Under the pieces are notes generated by a model. That model had not been told where the DNA came from, made no database searches, and worked only from the letters and a program-made list of their open reading frames with translations. DNA of 64,000 nucleotides. It comes from Penicillus capitatus. Lineage: Eukaryota > Plantae > Chlorophyta. Shown piece after piece: positions 24,864-36,090 of the stretch (position 1 is its first letter; each line of letters starts with the position of its first letter). A program made the translations under genes and the position numbers. Where the stretch lies: assembly GCA_965649825.1 (NCBI GenBank), contig OZ287707.1, positions 774,292 to 838,291 of the forward strand. Direction: 5' to 3'.

Positions 24864-25442
24864 TTCCTCCCGCGCCGTGTCTTGTTATTTCTTTTGGCGT
24901 ACGTCTTTCGTGTGTTTTGAAGTGCTGTTTGTTCTACATGAGATGAATGTCTCATTCACATGATGTCAGGAAAGGGATCTAAGGTCTTGGTAAATATTCT
25001 TCCGAATACGATGCCGCTCACAAAGTCATGTTTGAGAAAGGCACAACGTCATGTGTCGTCATGAAACAAAGCAAAACGGCCGAATGAGAAGCGCTACGAT
25101 TCTGTGGTCGTGTATCAATAGATCAATCGTCTTCGTCACATGAACCAGTCAGGGGCAAAAACGATGATAAGGTAAAAAGACCTTAAGAGGATAGGTGGAT
25201 GAATATGACGAAATCAAAAAGGGTCTCCCAAACAGCAAATGGGAAGTGGTATGACAAAATAGATGCGTATGTACGAACTTGATCGCTTGGCTAAGTCGAT
25301 GATGATTTTGTCAGTCGAGCTTGTGATACTTTGTTGCGCTGTGCATCATGCGTTTGTTGGATAACGGCCTTTTGTGTTTAAGGACAGACGCCAACATTCG
25401 ATTCAGGCCGCGTAAGATCTGCATGTGTGACATGTATGAGTT

Positions 25443-26639
25443 TCATGTGGAGGACAACATTTGATTTACCTCGGTTTTCGGATTGAATCCCTCACTGGTA
25501 TCTTTGCGAGAAGCCGGCGGATAATTCACCCACTCCTTCGACAGTTCATACAGTTTCTTACGCAAATCATGATTCCTCCTCCCTCGGCGTTTTGTCCAGC
25601 GACAGTTCGAGCAGTGAGGACTGTCTCTTCGCGGTACTTTACGATCCAAGCAACCAAAAAGAACAGTCGCCGCTCCTGCCATCAGCTGCCTTATGCACCA
25701 TCGATGCGTCGGGCAATGTGCCGTACCTTGTTGAGGTTTCTTCATGAACATGCTGACGAACGCTATGACTATGAGAATGAGGGGATTCAGATTCTTGATG
25801 ATCCATGTGTACGTCAGCCCTGGATCGGCACTGACGACTGTCACATCAGTGTCACGAAGGCGGGCGCCCAATTCCTGCACGGCAGTCATACGTCATCTCT
25901 GATGGATGGATGCATGCGTAGAGAGAGACTTCTGCAAAGAGTTGCAGGGCAAACTTAGACTGATAATATGCCTTGTACAAATTGTGGCCCTGTTTCTTGC
26001 CGACTGGCAAATGCTTGAGTTTCAGCTTCGGGCGTTTCTGCAGCAACGGTCACATCATCCGCGTTAAAGTGGTAGGTATAATTATGGTCAAACTGGTTGA
26101 GAGCAATTGACAACGATGATGCGGGAAGGATGTTCCTTTTGCTGCAACAGAAACGGCAAGAATTCCTGCACCAGGCAGAAATGTCCCAGGTAGTTTACAC
26201 CAAAATGCATTTCGAAGCCATCCTTCGTCTGTCGATACGGCCCACCCAGGACCGCGGCATTCAATACCAAGTAATGCAATGGATGGCCAGAATTCTTGAA
26301 ATTATCCACAAAAGCTCTGACACTCAGAAGAGACGACAGATCCAACTCGCAGACGCGAATCTTTTCTGCAAATCTAAAAAAAGACAACGGCACTTGGTAA
26401 GTCAATAAGAGGGAGTTGGCCGACCTCTCTCCTATCTGTTCGAGAATCGTACGTTTCGCTTTGTCTCCATTCGAAACGTCACGACACGTAAGATAAACGA
26501 GGGCGCCACGTCTGGCCAAAGCCCGAGCCGTTTCGAAACCAATACCGCTAGAGGCGCCCGTAACAACTGCCACTTTCCCTTCCAGGTTATGGCCACGGGT
26601 CACTTGGTCAGCAGTGAGGCTGGCAAAAACGTTTCCCAT
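25443..26639 (-). CDS. Short-chain dehydrogenase/reductase (RDH12/Tic32/WWOX-like)
   Basis: VTGASSGIGFETARAL, LDLSSLLSVRAF, LVLNAAV, FGVNYLGHF, YYQSK, VVSADPG. Confidence 0.9.
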
Positions 26640-26710
26640 TGAGGCTGATTCAAGTCGTGTGGCAAAACAGTTATCACATCATACAACATTATGCCTGTCC
26701 TGTCTTGCAA

Positions 26711-28400
26711 TTACAGTTTGTCGATGTGGATTTGGTTCTTGAGATCGTCGACGATCGTCTGGTCTTGACAGGCCTTCATCGTCTTGACGTGCTCTCCTTC
26801 GTCATCCCGGATGTTCACAAAGACATCGTAAAGACTGGAACAACTTGGACGGCGAATTTCATCCTTCCCCTGAGATGTCTGAAACTTGTCAAACTATAGA
26901 CAGCATCACACTTGTGAAAAATGCGTGTCCTCTTGAGGTACAGACCATGTAAAGATCATCGCCTCGGTAGTACTGAACGGCAACGAATGGGGGAGGGAGT
27001 TTTTTGAGCAGTGCCTCGTTTGCATCGACAAATTCGCCGTAGGTGTCCACAGCGTGCGCTTCAATGAGCTCGCTGAAATTGTATGCCAGTTCAGGAGAGA
27101 AGACGTAGAACAGGAGCAGCACCCAGTAATAGAAGATAGCGGCGTGTTGGCCCATAAAACGATCGATCCAGTACTGATCCCCGCCAAGAGATTCCATAAT
27201 CTGCAAATGGTGCAATTCGTTCCATTCCTCTGCAAAATGGATCTTTCTAAGTGCAGAGCCCTGTCTCCACCACCCCAGCGACTCATAGAGATGCAGCATG
27301 GAGATGTAACTAAAGTACGGCATCCGTGCTACTGTCTCCAAAAACCAAAACCGTTGCAATGGCCTAGCAGCACAACCTGAGACAATAAGAAGGCGCCTTA
27401 TGTGCCCACCTGTTGTTGAAGAGAACGTCCAGGAGATAGCAGAGGGTGTAGTAGGCAATCTTGATGTACCATGGCGCACGGATCTCTCCACCGCGTGCAT
27501 GTCGTTGTCTTTCCCTTTCCCAAACCCCATCGTTGCTGAGGGTGAGGAGTAAAAGGCGTTCTCGGATGGCCTGACATTCATCGTCTGGCAGGGCAATTAA
27601 CTCAGTCACGTCCTGCTCGGCATCAACGGAGTCTGTAAAGGTCATAGGTCTGAGTTCTGGATCCTTGATCTCTGAGACGATCTTGTTTTCTTCTAGTTTT
27701 TTGTCCAGCGCTGCGAATGCCTCTACAAATCGACTGGCAACCCAATAGTAGGCCTAGTCTTAACATTTATTCACGATCGATGGACATCTTGATGTGACGG
27801 ATGTGACCTTTCCAGCTATATTGGTCGCCGGGTTTTGTTCGGAGATCTTCCTGAACACATCTTGACGGAAAGCACGACGCAGTTCATTGTATTCATGGCC
27901 AAAGTTCTGAATCGCCTGCAAAGCATCTCACACGTGATCACACTCTCTGAGTGCATGGAACGTCAAATCACCAGTGACCAAAGAGATGATGGAATTTTGC
28001 CGAACTCGTCTCCATACATTCGATCCTTCGAGCGAAATCCATAATCGCAGCAGAGTACCTAATGACTTCCTGCTGCTCCGATCGATTCCTTCGACAGATT
28101 TCGTCATCTCACTTGCACGAGGTTGCCATCTCTATCGACGAAAGGCACGCAAACTTCACCATCATCGACGGATGCTTCCTTTTCTCCATCACTGCACAAT
28201 GTGCATCACCCTTTGGTGTCGTAACTGCTGCGGAACTTGTCGATGGGAGAACGCGTTTCTTTCTCCACTTCTTCGGGACTGGCACGTCGGACAGCGAAGC
28301 GATTTCGCGTCAACGGTCGATTGCGAACATATCGATTTCTTAACCCGGATGGCTGCGGTCGCGCTAGGCGCATCGAGAGTCCCCGATACGATAACGCCAT
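26711..28400 (-). CDS. PTOX: Plastid terminal oxidase (plastoquinol oxidase, AOX family)
   Basis: [48 protein letters not shown]; transit-peptide-like MALSYRGL... and CCDYGFRS extension. Confidence 0.95.
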
Positions 28401-28578
28401 TCTATCCGACGCTCCGAATCCCCAACAGCGAAAAACCAACGACGTCACATCATGCACGAACAAACAGGACATGCGACACCGCGACGTAGTAGTCACCTTG
28501 CACGTATGTCTGTCTAGCCGTCGCTTGGCACAGTTATATACTTTTAACAATATTGCCATTAAAACTTCTGTTTTCGAC

Positions 28579-30421
28579 ATGGCCGACGCGTATAACGATC
28601 TAGTGGACGAAGGTCTCTCTGGCCCTTCCGTTCCCAAATCTTCGCCAACCGAACCCGACGCGAAGAAGCAGAAGGTAAGTGACATCGAAGCGTCGTCCGT
28701 GGACGACGGTGCAACAAAAGAAGACATTGTGGCAAAGGACGCCGAGAGGGCCACTCTCGACTCTTGGTTGGCCAAGCTGCCCCACATCGAGCGAGAAAGT
28801 GAAAATGCCTTCGTCATCAGAAGAGGCCACTCTGCTGGAATGCATGTCGATGCTAAGTTCTTCGCTACGCCGCCGTTGTTGCGGCAGCTGTTAGTCGAGG
28901 CCGATAAATCCACAGGCGGATTCCTCTCGGCGCTGACGCAATTGGCAAACGTCGCGACGCTGCCCGGGATCGTTGGGTACTCGCTTGGGATGCCCGATCT
29001 CCACAGCGGTTACGGATTCGCAATTGGAAATATCGCGGCGATGGATATGAACAATCCCGCTGCGGTCGTGTCTCCTGGCGGCGTCGGTTTCGATATCAAC
29101 TGCGGTGTTCGATTGATCCGAACGAATCTCACTCATGCAGATATCACACAAAAAAGGGAAGTCCTGGCCGATGCTATGGCACGTGCGATCCCTGTGGGTG
29201 TCGGCAACACCTCCAACCATCGACTGACCATTCCCGAACTCGATGAGATGTTGAGGGACGGAATGGAGTGGGCAGTGCGACGCGGATACGCATGGGAAGA
29301 GGACCTGACGGTGGTCGAAGAGAACGGCCGCTTCAAGAATGCAAATCCAAATGCAGTCACCAGCCGGGCAAAACAGCGGGGTAAATCACAAGTCGGAACA
29401 CTGGGATCAGGAAATCACTACATCGAAGTGCAGTACGTCGAAGAGGTCTACGATCAAGAAGCAGCGGCAACGATGGGACTGTTCAAAGGACAAGCATGCA
29501 TCATGATCCACACTGGCAGTCGTGGTCTTGGCCACCAGGTCACATCGCCGTGTACTTAAGTGGGCAGTGAGGGATGGTGGTTATGCAGGTCTGTTCCGAT
29601 GCGTTGTGTACGTGCGAAAAGGCAATGGCTCTGAGAAATGTCCGTTTGGTGGATCGTCAGCTGGCTTGTACGCCGATCGATTCGCCTGAAGGAACGCAGT
29701 ACTTGGCGGCAATGGCATGTGCTGCGAATTTTGCCTTCTGCAATCGAACGTTAGTCACATACGATACTCGACGGGTCGTGAGCGAAGTCTTCGGCCGAAC
29801 GGAGCGAGAGTTGGATATGCATGTCGTGTACGATGTTGCACACAACATTGCCAAAATCGAAAAACATATGATCAACAGTATGTCCGCCTTCTTCCATTCT
29901 ACAACATCTATAAGTGTGGACATCTGCTTATATCTAGATGAGGAGAAGAGAGTATTGGTACATCGAAAAGGAGCCACGCGAGCTTTTGGTCCAGGACATC
30001 CCTGTTTGCCAGAGAAGTATCGTGCTATGGGTCAACCAGTATTGATTGGCGGATCCATGGGAACATGCAGCTATGTCCTGATTGGAACACAACGAGCAAT
30101 GGAAACGTCCTTTGGCAGCACCTGTCATGGAGCTGGAAGGTAAAGTGACCCCCACCCCTCCCTGTTCCTGCCCCACACAAGGTATTGGAATTTCCTAGAT
30201 GTATGAGCCGCAACCAAGCAAAACGAGAATTAGACCAACGGTCGGTGTTGATGAATTTAGAGCGGCAAGGGGTGTCCTTGCGCGCAGCTACGCCAAAACT
30301 AGTGGCAGAAGAGGCACCACAGAGCTACAAAGATGTATCCGAAGTGGTTGATTGCTGTCATCTGGCTGGAGTCTCCAAGAAAGTTGTGAAACTGAAGCCC
30401 ATTGTTGTCGTAAAAGGATGA
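28579..30421 (+). CDS. rtcB: RtcB RNA 3'-phosphate/5'-OH ligase (tRNA-splicing ligase, HSPC117 type)
   Basis: MPDLHSGYGFAIG, GGVGFDINCG, GTLGSGNHY, IHTGSRGLGHQ, YDVAHNIAK, HRKGATRAF, GGSMG, STCHGAGR, EEAPQSYK. Confidence 0.97.
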
Positions 30422-30692
30422 TGACGCTGTGTTTCAAAGAGTTGAATGAACGACGTCGTCTGAAAAGCTTTTTTCTTAAAAGAAAATCCCACAGTCTAGT
30501 AAATAACATTCAGAAACAAAAGATGATAAAACGGCGATCTGCACAAGGCAAGCAACAAAAAAGGCGTACCACCAGACATAGCAGGGGTATTAATCAGAAC
30601 AAAAATATATCAGCGAGTGATCCTGCGTCAGGGGTAACATTGATAATATCCTGGTTTGTCCTCTCGGTCCGCAACAAATCCCTACCCAATGT

Positions 30693-31709
30693 CTATTCAC
30701 AGGCGCTTTCAGCCTAAAGGAAAAAAATGTGTGAGATTCGATGGAGAGTTTGTGTGATGAGATCGATACTCGTAAAGCGATGGCGGCAGCAGCGGCCATT
30801 CTTTCCAGGTTCGTCATCGACTTGATGCGATTGTATTCCTGTCTGCTAAACAGACTCATTTCTTGATAAGGCATTCTTTCTTCTGGAGTCATCGATCTCC
30901 ATTTCTCTGTCGTCATCCGTCCGATCTCGGCAGACGACAGCTGAACGCCTGGATGTTCATGCTACAACACAGAGCAGTCACATCACAGATCAACGAGCAA
31001 TCTGTGCTTAAGTACTTCGAAAGCGGTTCGGAAAGTTTGAAGAAAAAAGAGATAGGCACTGGCAGGTCTTCGTATCGTTTCACATGAACGCTTTGCCCGT
31101 TTGTTTTCACGGGGATTTTTTGAGAGATACTCAGCCATCTCTCGTTTGTAAACGAGCTAAAGCACCAACCACTTCGTGAATGAGTGAGATGCCTCTATGT
31201 GCGAAACATGCTTTTGAATTCAGTGAGAGATTCTCAAACTTCTCTTTCTCTGTGGGAGTCATCGATCTCCACTTTTCACCCGCCGCCTGAGCAACGGCAG
31301 ATACCCGTTTCTGTTCTGGATACTTTTCCTTCAACACACAGCTGTCACATCACAATACTTAAGCCACTCGTACACTTCTTCACACCTTCCATGCCTGACG
31401 AAATTCGGCAAGAAAGAACATGTAAGCAGATTTGGGTCGACGCGGTGCATCGAGCGGCTTCTTCGCACGTTTACGTGGGACAGGCTTCGTCGCCACGGAC
31501 GGTCTGCATTTCAGAAAGGGCATTTAGGACACCAACCATCATCGACATTGTTCTTCTGCCTGATAGGAATCGGATCATTCCGTCCCAGTTGAACCGATGG
31601 AAAGGACGACGTCGATGAAGTCTTCGATGATAGCGCCGTCGACGCACTGGAGCCTTCTGCGCTATTCAGTGACTCCATATTTCCTAAACGACGCATCAAT
31701 GCTGACATG
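30693..31709 (-). CDS. Protein with two HMG boxes
   Basis: DAPRRPKSAYMFFLAEFR...AAGEKWRSMT; second box RRPASAYLFFLQTFR...TEKWRSMTPEERMPY. Confidence 0.85.
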
Positions 31710-32175
31710 TCTGTCTCCGTTTGAGGGACGGCCGTTCTATCCAATACGTGTGTGTTGGTTGTATGTACGTGCAGTGTATGTATGATACAGAAAAGAACAC
31801 ACCGTCTTCAAAACGACGCAGAGGACAGACGGGTAGGTATACACAAGCGCCGCCGCGTCGTTCGTTCCACGCCGCGATAGTGCCACGTAGACAAAGAGCC
31901 ATGGTCCACGTACTTGGTTCAGTGCGAAGGCGGTCCGTCAGAATGGATGGCAGACGGAAAGGAGCAGAACCGTTTGTTGAGAGCATGAGCTCGACCTTTG
32001 AGAACGATACTGTTTACTTTTCGTTGGAGTTTTGACGGCTACCGACGAGAGAACCCTTAGATATGAGACGTCGACTTGGCTTAAGAACGAGTATAAGATG
32101 TCACATCCCCTGCGCGCCTGAATTGTGCGGTGCCCCTTCGTCTGTCGCATCGAACGAGTTTTTTTGCGAATTTTC

Positions 32176-32588
32176 ATGGATAAGAATCTAAGGGACGCTT
32201 TTAAGGACCTTCTTGAACCCGGAACCGTCGAATTGCTTAAGGAAGCGCAGTTTACGACGTCGTTCTCGACCAGAAGGTCAATTAAGCGTACTTATCCGAA
32301 ATGTGTACCCTAGTTTTATAGCGCTGAAAGAAGCCGAGGCGAAGTTGCAGAGCTTTAATGCTCGTTCAGCGACCACTTACGCAGAAGTGCGATGTCAAAT
32401 TGAAAAAAAGGCCGTGATGTTGCAAGGTATGGCAGCAGATTTGAAACATATCTATCGTCAGCTCAAGTATGCACTTCACACCGTGTTCTCACACTTTCTC
32501 ACTCTTTCTGACGTGTAGTAACATCGAGAACAAACTGTCGAAGCTGGAGCATTGCAAAGAAACGCAGAATAAGGAATCAAGTGCTTGA
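32176..32588 (+). CDS. KxDL-motif protein (KXD1/BORC-like)
   Basis: LQSFNARSATTYAEV...MLQGMAADLKHIYRQLK|NIENKL. Confidence 0.65.
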
Positions 32589-33512
32589 CCGCACCATGAT
32601 CAAGACCTTTTTTCTAAGCAGACATTCGTTATCGATCTCACTGACAGTCACACATGAATTTAGATGACAGAGCGTCCGTCATAAAGAGAACGTGATGAGT
32701 GATTCGACCTTTTTGCTGGATGTAAGGCACATCACTTGTCTCTGAAAGCCGAATTGCAGAAGTTTGTCGCATGCGTCGTGCATTTGACTGTTGTGTACTC
32801 CATGCATTTCTGCAGGAATGGCATCTCTATGTTTTCATCTATTTAAGCGCGCACTTGAATGTAGTTTGTCTCACAGATATCTCTCTTCGACCACGTCTCT
32901 TCTATATTCAATAATGAACTGTCTGTCGTGGAAGGCAATTGTGAAGAAGACCTTTTAATCCGAGAAGCTTCAGAACCCAAGGCACTCGGCATTTCTTGGA
33001 CGCCTTGAGTGAACATCCCATTCTACGCAATGGACTCGATCGGAACGGAAGAGAAGAGCACCGTGTTTACCGAGCGCCTTCGAGGCATTGCTCCGAGACA
33101 CCCGTTTTACAACGCTCTAGACGACCGAGTCGGTCCGCTTCATCGCGAAAGACCTGTGAAAAGTTGGGAGGCAACGGCAGGAAGCGATCGGACCAGACGG
33201 TCGGACAATGCATTCGTGTCCGGAATGCGGACAGGCGGTAGACTGGGACGATAGATGTGAATGTCGAGTTCTTCCTCTACGGTACTGTCTTCTTCCTTCA
33301 TGGAGTTGCTCCTTGTGAGAGATGGCGTCTGTCGCTGTCATCCCTCGGCCGCTTATTGATGAGTAAGCCACTGCGTTGTCGTCTGCCGTCAATATACCAA
33401 CCAGCGTATGTCTGACCTTCGTCCGTCGCTTCGTAGGAAACGCCAGATGCGCATCAAACCTCTGACTTTCCAGTTGCCACATATGAAACAGAATCGTTCC
33501 GAGACTGCCGAG

Positions 33513-34389
33513 ATGTCAAGCCAATCAAACAGTCAACCGTACCAAACAGCGAACGACGAACAGGGAGCAAACGAACAGAAGGTCGGGAAACAGGAATGTG
33601 TGTATCCATCCGCTTCGCCGAGTGCATTTCTCTAACGCAGGACCAAGGTGCGACACAGGATGCAACGCCACTGGAGTGTTCGAACGACGAAGAGACGCCG
33701 GTCAACACACCTAATAGACGACGGGCGTCTCTGTCAGCGACTGGCTCATCTGTCTTGGTCGAAACCTCTTCGCTGGGCGACGCTGCCGAAGCATCGGTCT
33801 TTTCGTGGAAGCCGACGTCGTCGCAATTGATCGATGGACATTCGAAGCTGGTGATTGCTTTGTCTACTGACACTCTGTTCGCAGAGTATGATGTCCGTTT
33901 TCAAAAAGAAAGAAACAGATACGCGTCCGAAATTACCGCCCAGCAACGCGAGATTAGCTCCTTGCAACGTGAACGAGCTTCTCTCTCGTTGGCAATTCGC
34001 CAACTGATCAACGAAAAAGACAAAGCAACGAAGCAATGCCATTTCTGGAAAACCGAATGCGATGAATACAAAGTGCACCTGCCACGCTCGATCACACCCA
34101 CCTCACGATGGCGTGTAGAAATCGGCCTTACAGAGCAAACAGGAGTTAACCGAGGCAAGGAAAGTGATTCGGGGACAAAGGGAGGAACTGAAGAGGCGAG
34201 AAGAAGAACTCGTAAAGAAGAAGTCCTTGATGAAAGCGCATCGCGATGAACTCATATCCATGTGCGCCGGATTCATCCAAAATCTTTCCCCTTGGGAGTC
34301 GGGTTCGCTGTAGGATGCCTCTGGAAGAAGCACAAGCGGCAGACGCATCGGCAAAACGTCCTCGAATCGAACCATCTGGATGCCGTTAA
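33513..34389 (+). CDS. Hypothetical coiled-coil protein, paralogue A
   Basis: ORF 33596..34249 plus flanking exons; VFSWKPT...KLVIALS motif, coiled coil, C-terminal AKRPRI. Confidence 0.55.
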
Positions 34390-34878
34390 ACATTTGCCGC
34401 GTGTCTACGCGGCCCGAACTGTTTAGATTTTTATTTGCATTGTTCCGCGTCCTGTTTATGTCTGTCTCCGCGGCAACTCGACCGACTACCGTGTGACACA
34501 GTGTTCTGTTGTCGTGGGTATATTGCTCTCCTCGACCGATCGAGCAGCCAGAATCCAAGACAACACGGCAATCTTGAATGCGCTGAGTAAACGAAAGCCA
34601 TCAGCTGAGATGGACTCGGGCAAAAAGCAAAGGCCATGAAGTGTCTATGCGTCGTTGAGAGGCACATCTTTGCAAGACGCCCGTTTTGCTTTGCTGTATA
34701 AACCCTTTCGGTCCGTTTTAACACGGAAAGCCTTTTTGCGGTTAGACGATGTCAAAGAGAAGGGATGGAATGCGACATTTGAAATCGCATGCGTATCCGC
34801 ATGCGAAGGAGAAGGGCAGCGACTTCTGTTTCCACCGTGTTAGATCAATGGCTTGTCACTGTCATTACGTTGTTGACG

Positions 34879-35947
34879 ATGGACCGCCCACGTCTACCGC
34901 TGTTGAATCGCCAGAGCGCGTCGCCGGATGCCTATAAGGCAAGCCGAGTACACTCTTGCCCATACCGGCCACCTTTCGCCGTCGTCTTGCCGCGGACGAC
35001 ATCACCACAAGTCGCAACTTCCGTGACGCCAAACCAATTGAACCAACCGAGTGTCGTTGTGTCGGAACAACTCGACCGCGCGACAGGCGCCGCACACTGT
35101 GTCCGAAACGAGGTAAGGCGCAAAAGAGCTGTTCCACGAATCTGCGTTTTCTTACAAGACTATGGAAAAGGTACCTCGGACGAAGCGCAAAGTGATCCCG
35201 CGACAGTCGTCTGGCCAGATCCCCATGCCGCGCGCTCTGACTGGGCTTCTGACATGCCCACCGAGTGGCCTATCCGCATCCGACTCGCCCTCTTCGGGCA
35301 ACGAAACTACCAGCGAGGAGGTTTTTGTGTGGAATCCAACGACAGAGCAGCTGAGTCAGGGACAGACCAAGTTGGTAATTAATTTATCTGCTGAGAGTAT
35401 TTTCAAAGAGAGAGAAGCGCGACACAACCATGAGAAGTATCAGTACGAATGCCAGATCAAGCGACTCCACAGCGAACGAGATAACATAACGAAACTGAAT
35501 CATGCCCTCGAACAGAAATGCAGCCAGCAGACACTGGAAGTCAACCAATTGAAGCGCTCGCTGGAAATAGCCCAAAAGAATTTAGCATCGTACGAATCGC
35601 ATTTGGCAAAACAGAAGGTACGGTCACACGCAACAGCACCCTTGATCACAACATATCCTTCTATTTCTGCAGACAGAAGACATCCAGAGCCAGCAAAAAT
35701 TGAAAATAGCTTGCAAGACGATCGATGAACAGAAGACAATGTTGGATAAGGCCAAGAAAGTTTGGCAAGCCATGAAGAGATGGGTGGAAGTGCATCTTGA
35801 TGAGATGCATTCTATGTACGTGTATCAATCGACGCCACTGTTCGCCTGCAAATGCGTTCTCTCTTCTGTAGGTTGCCTCCAGAAGCGAGGTCAAGTTTGG
35901 AACCGAAGGCCAAGAAACAGCGCATCGATCGGTCTCTCATAAGCTAG
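34879..35947 (+). CDS. Hypothetical coiled-coil protein, paralogue B
   Basis: VFVWNPT...KLVINLS motif, coiled coil, C-terminal AKKQRI. Confidence 0.55.
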
Positions 35948-36090
35948 TCGACCATGATTGGCCGGTGCTCTGCCGAGATGTTGTCAATAGAATCATTTGT
36001 GTTTGCACGCGTGTGTGCTCTTATCGTTTTATAAAGCCTGCTCTATTCTGTTCCTCTCTTCGAAGCGACCCTGCACGCAAGGTTTGCATC

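Noticed and set aside
28237-28578. 114-codon in-frame extension upstream of the RtcB ATG
   Set aside because: Overlaps the PTOX first exon on the opposite strand, has no RtcB similarity, and a good ATG exists at 28579
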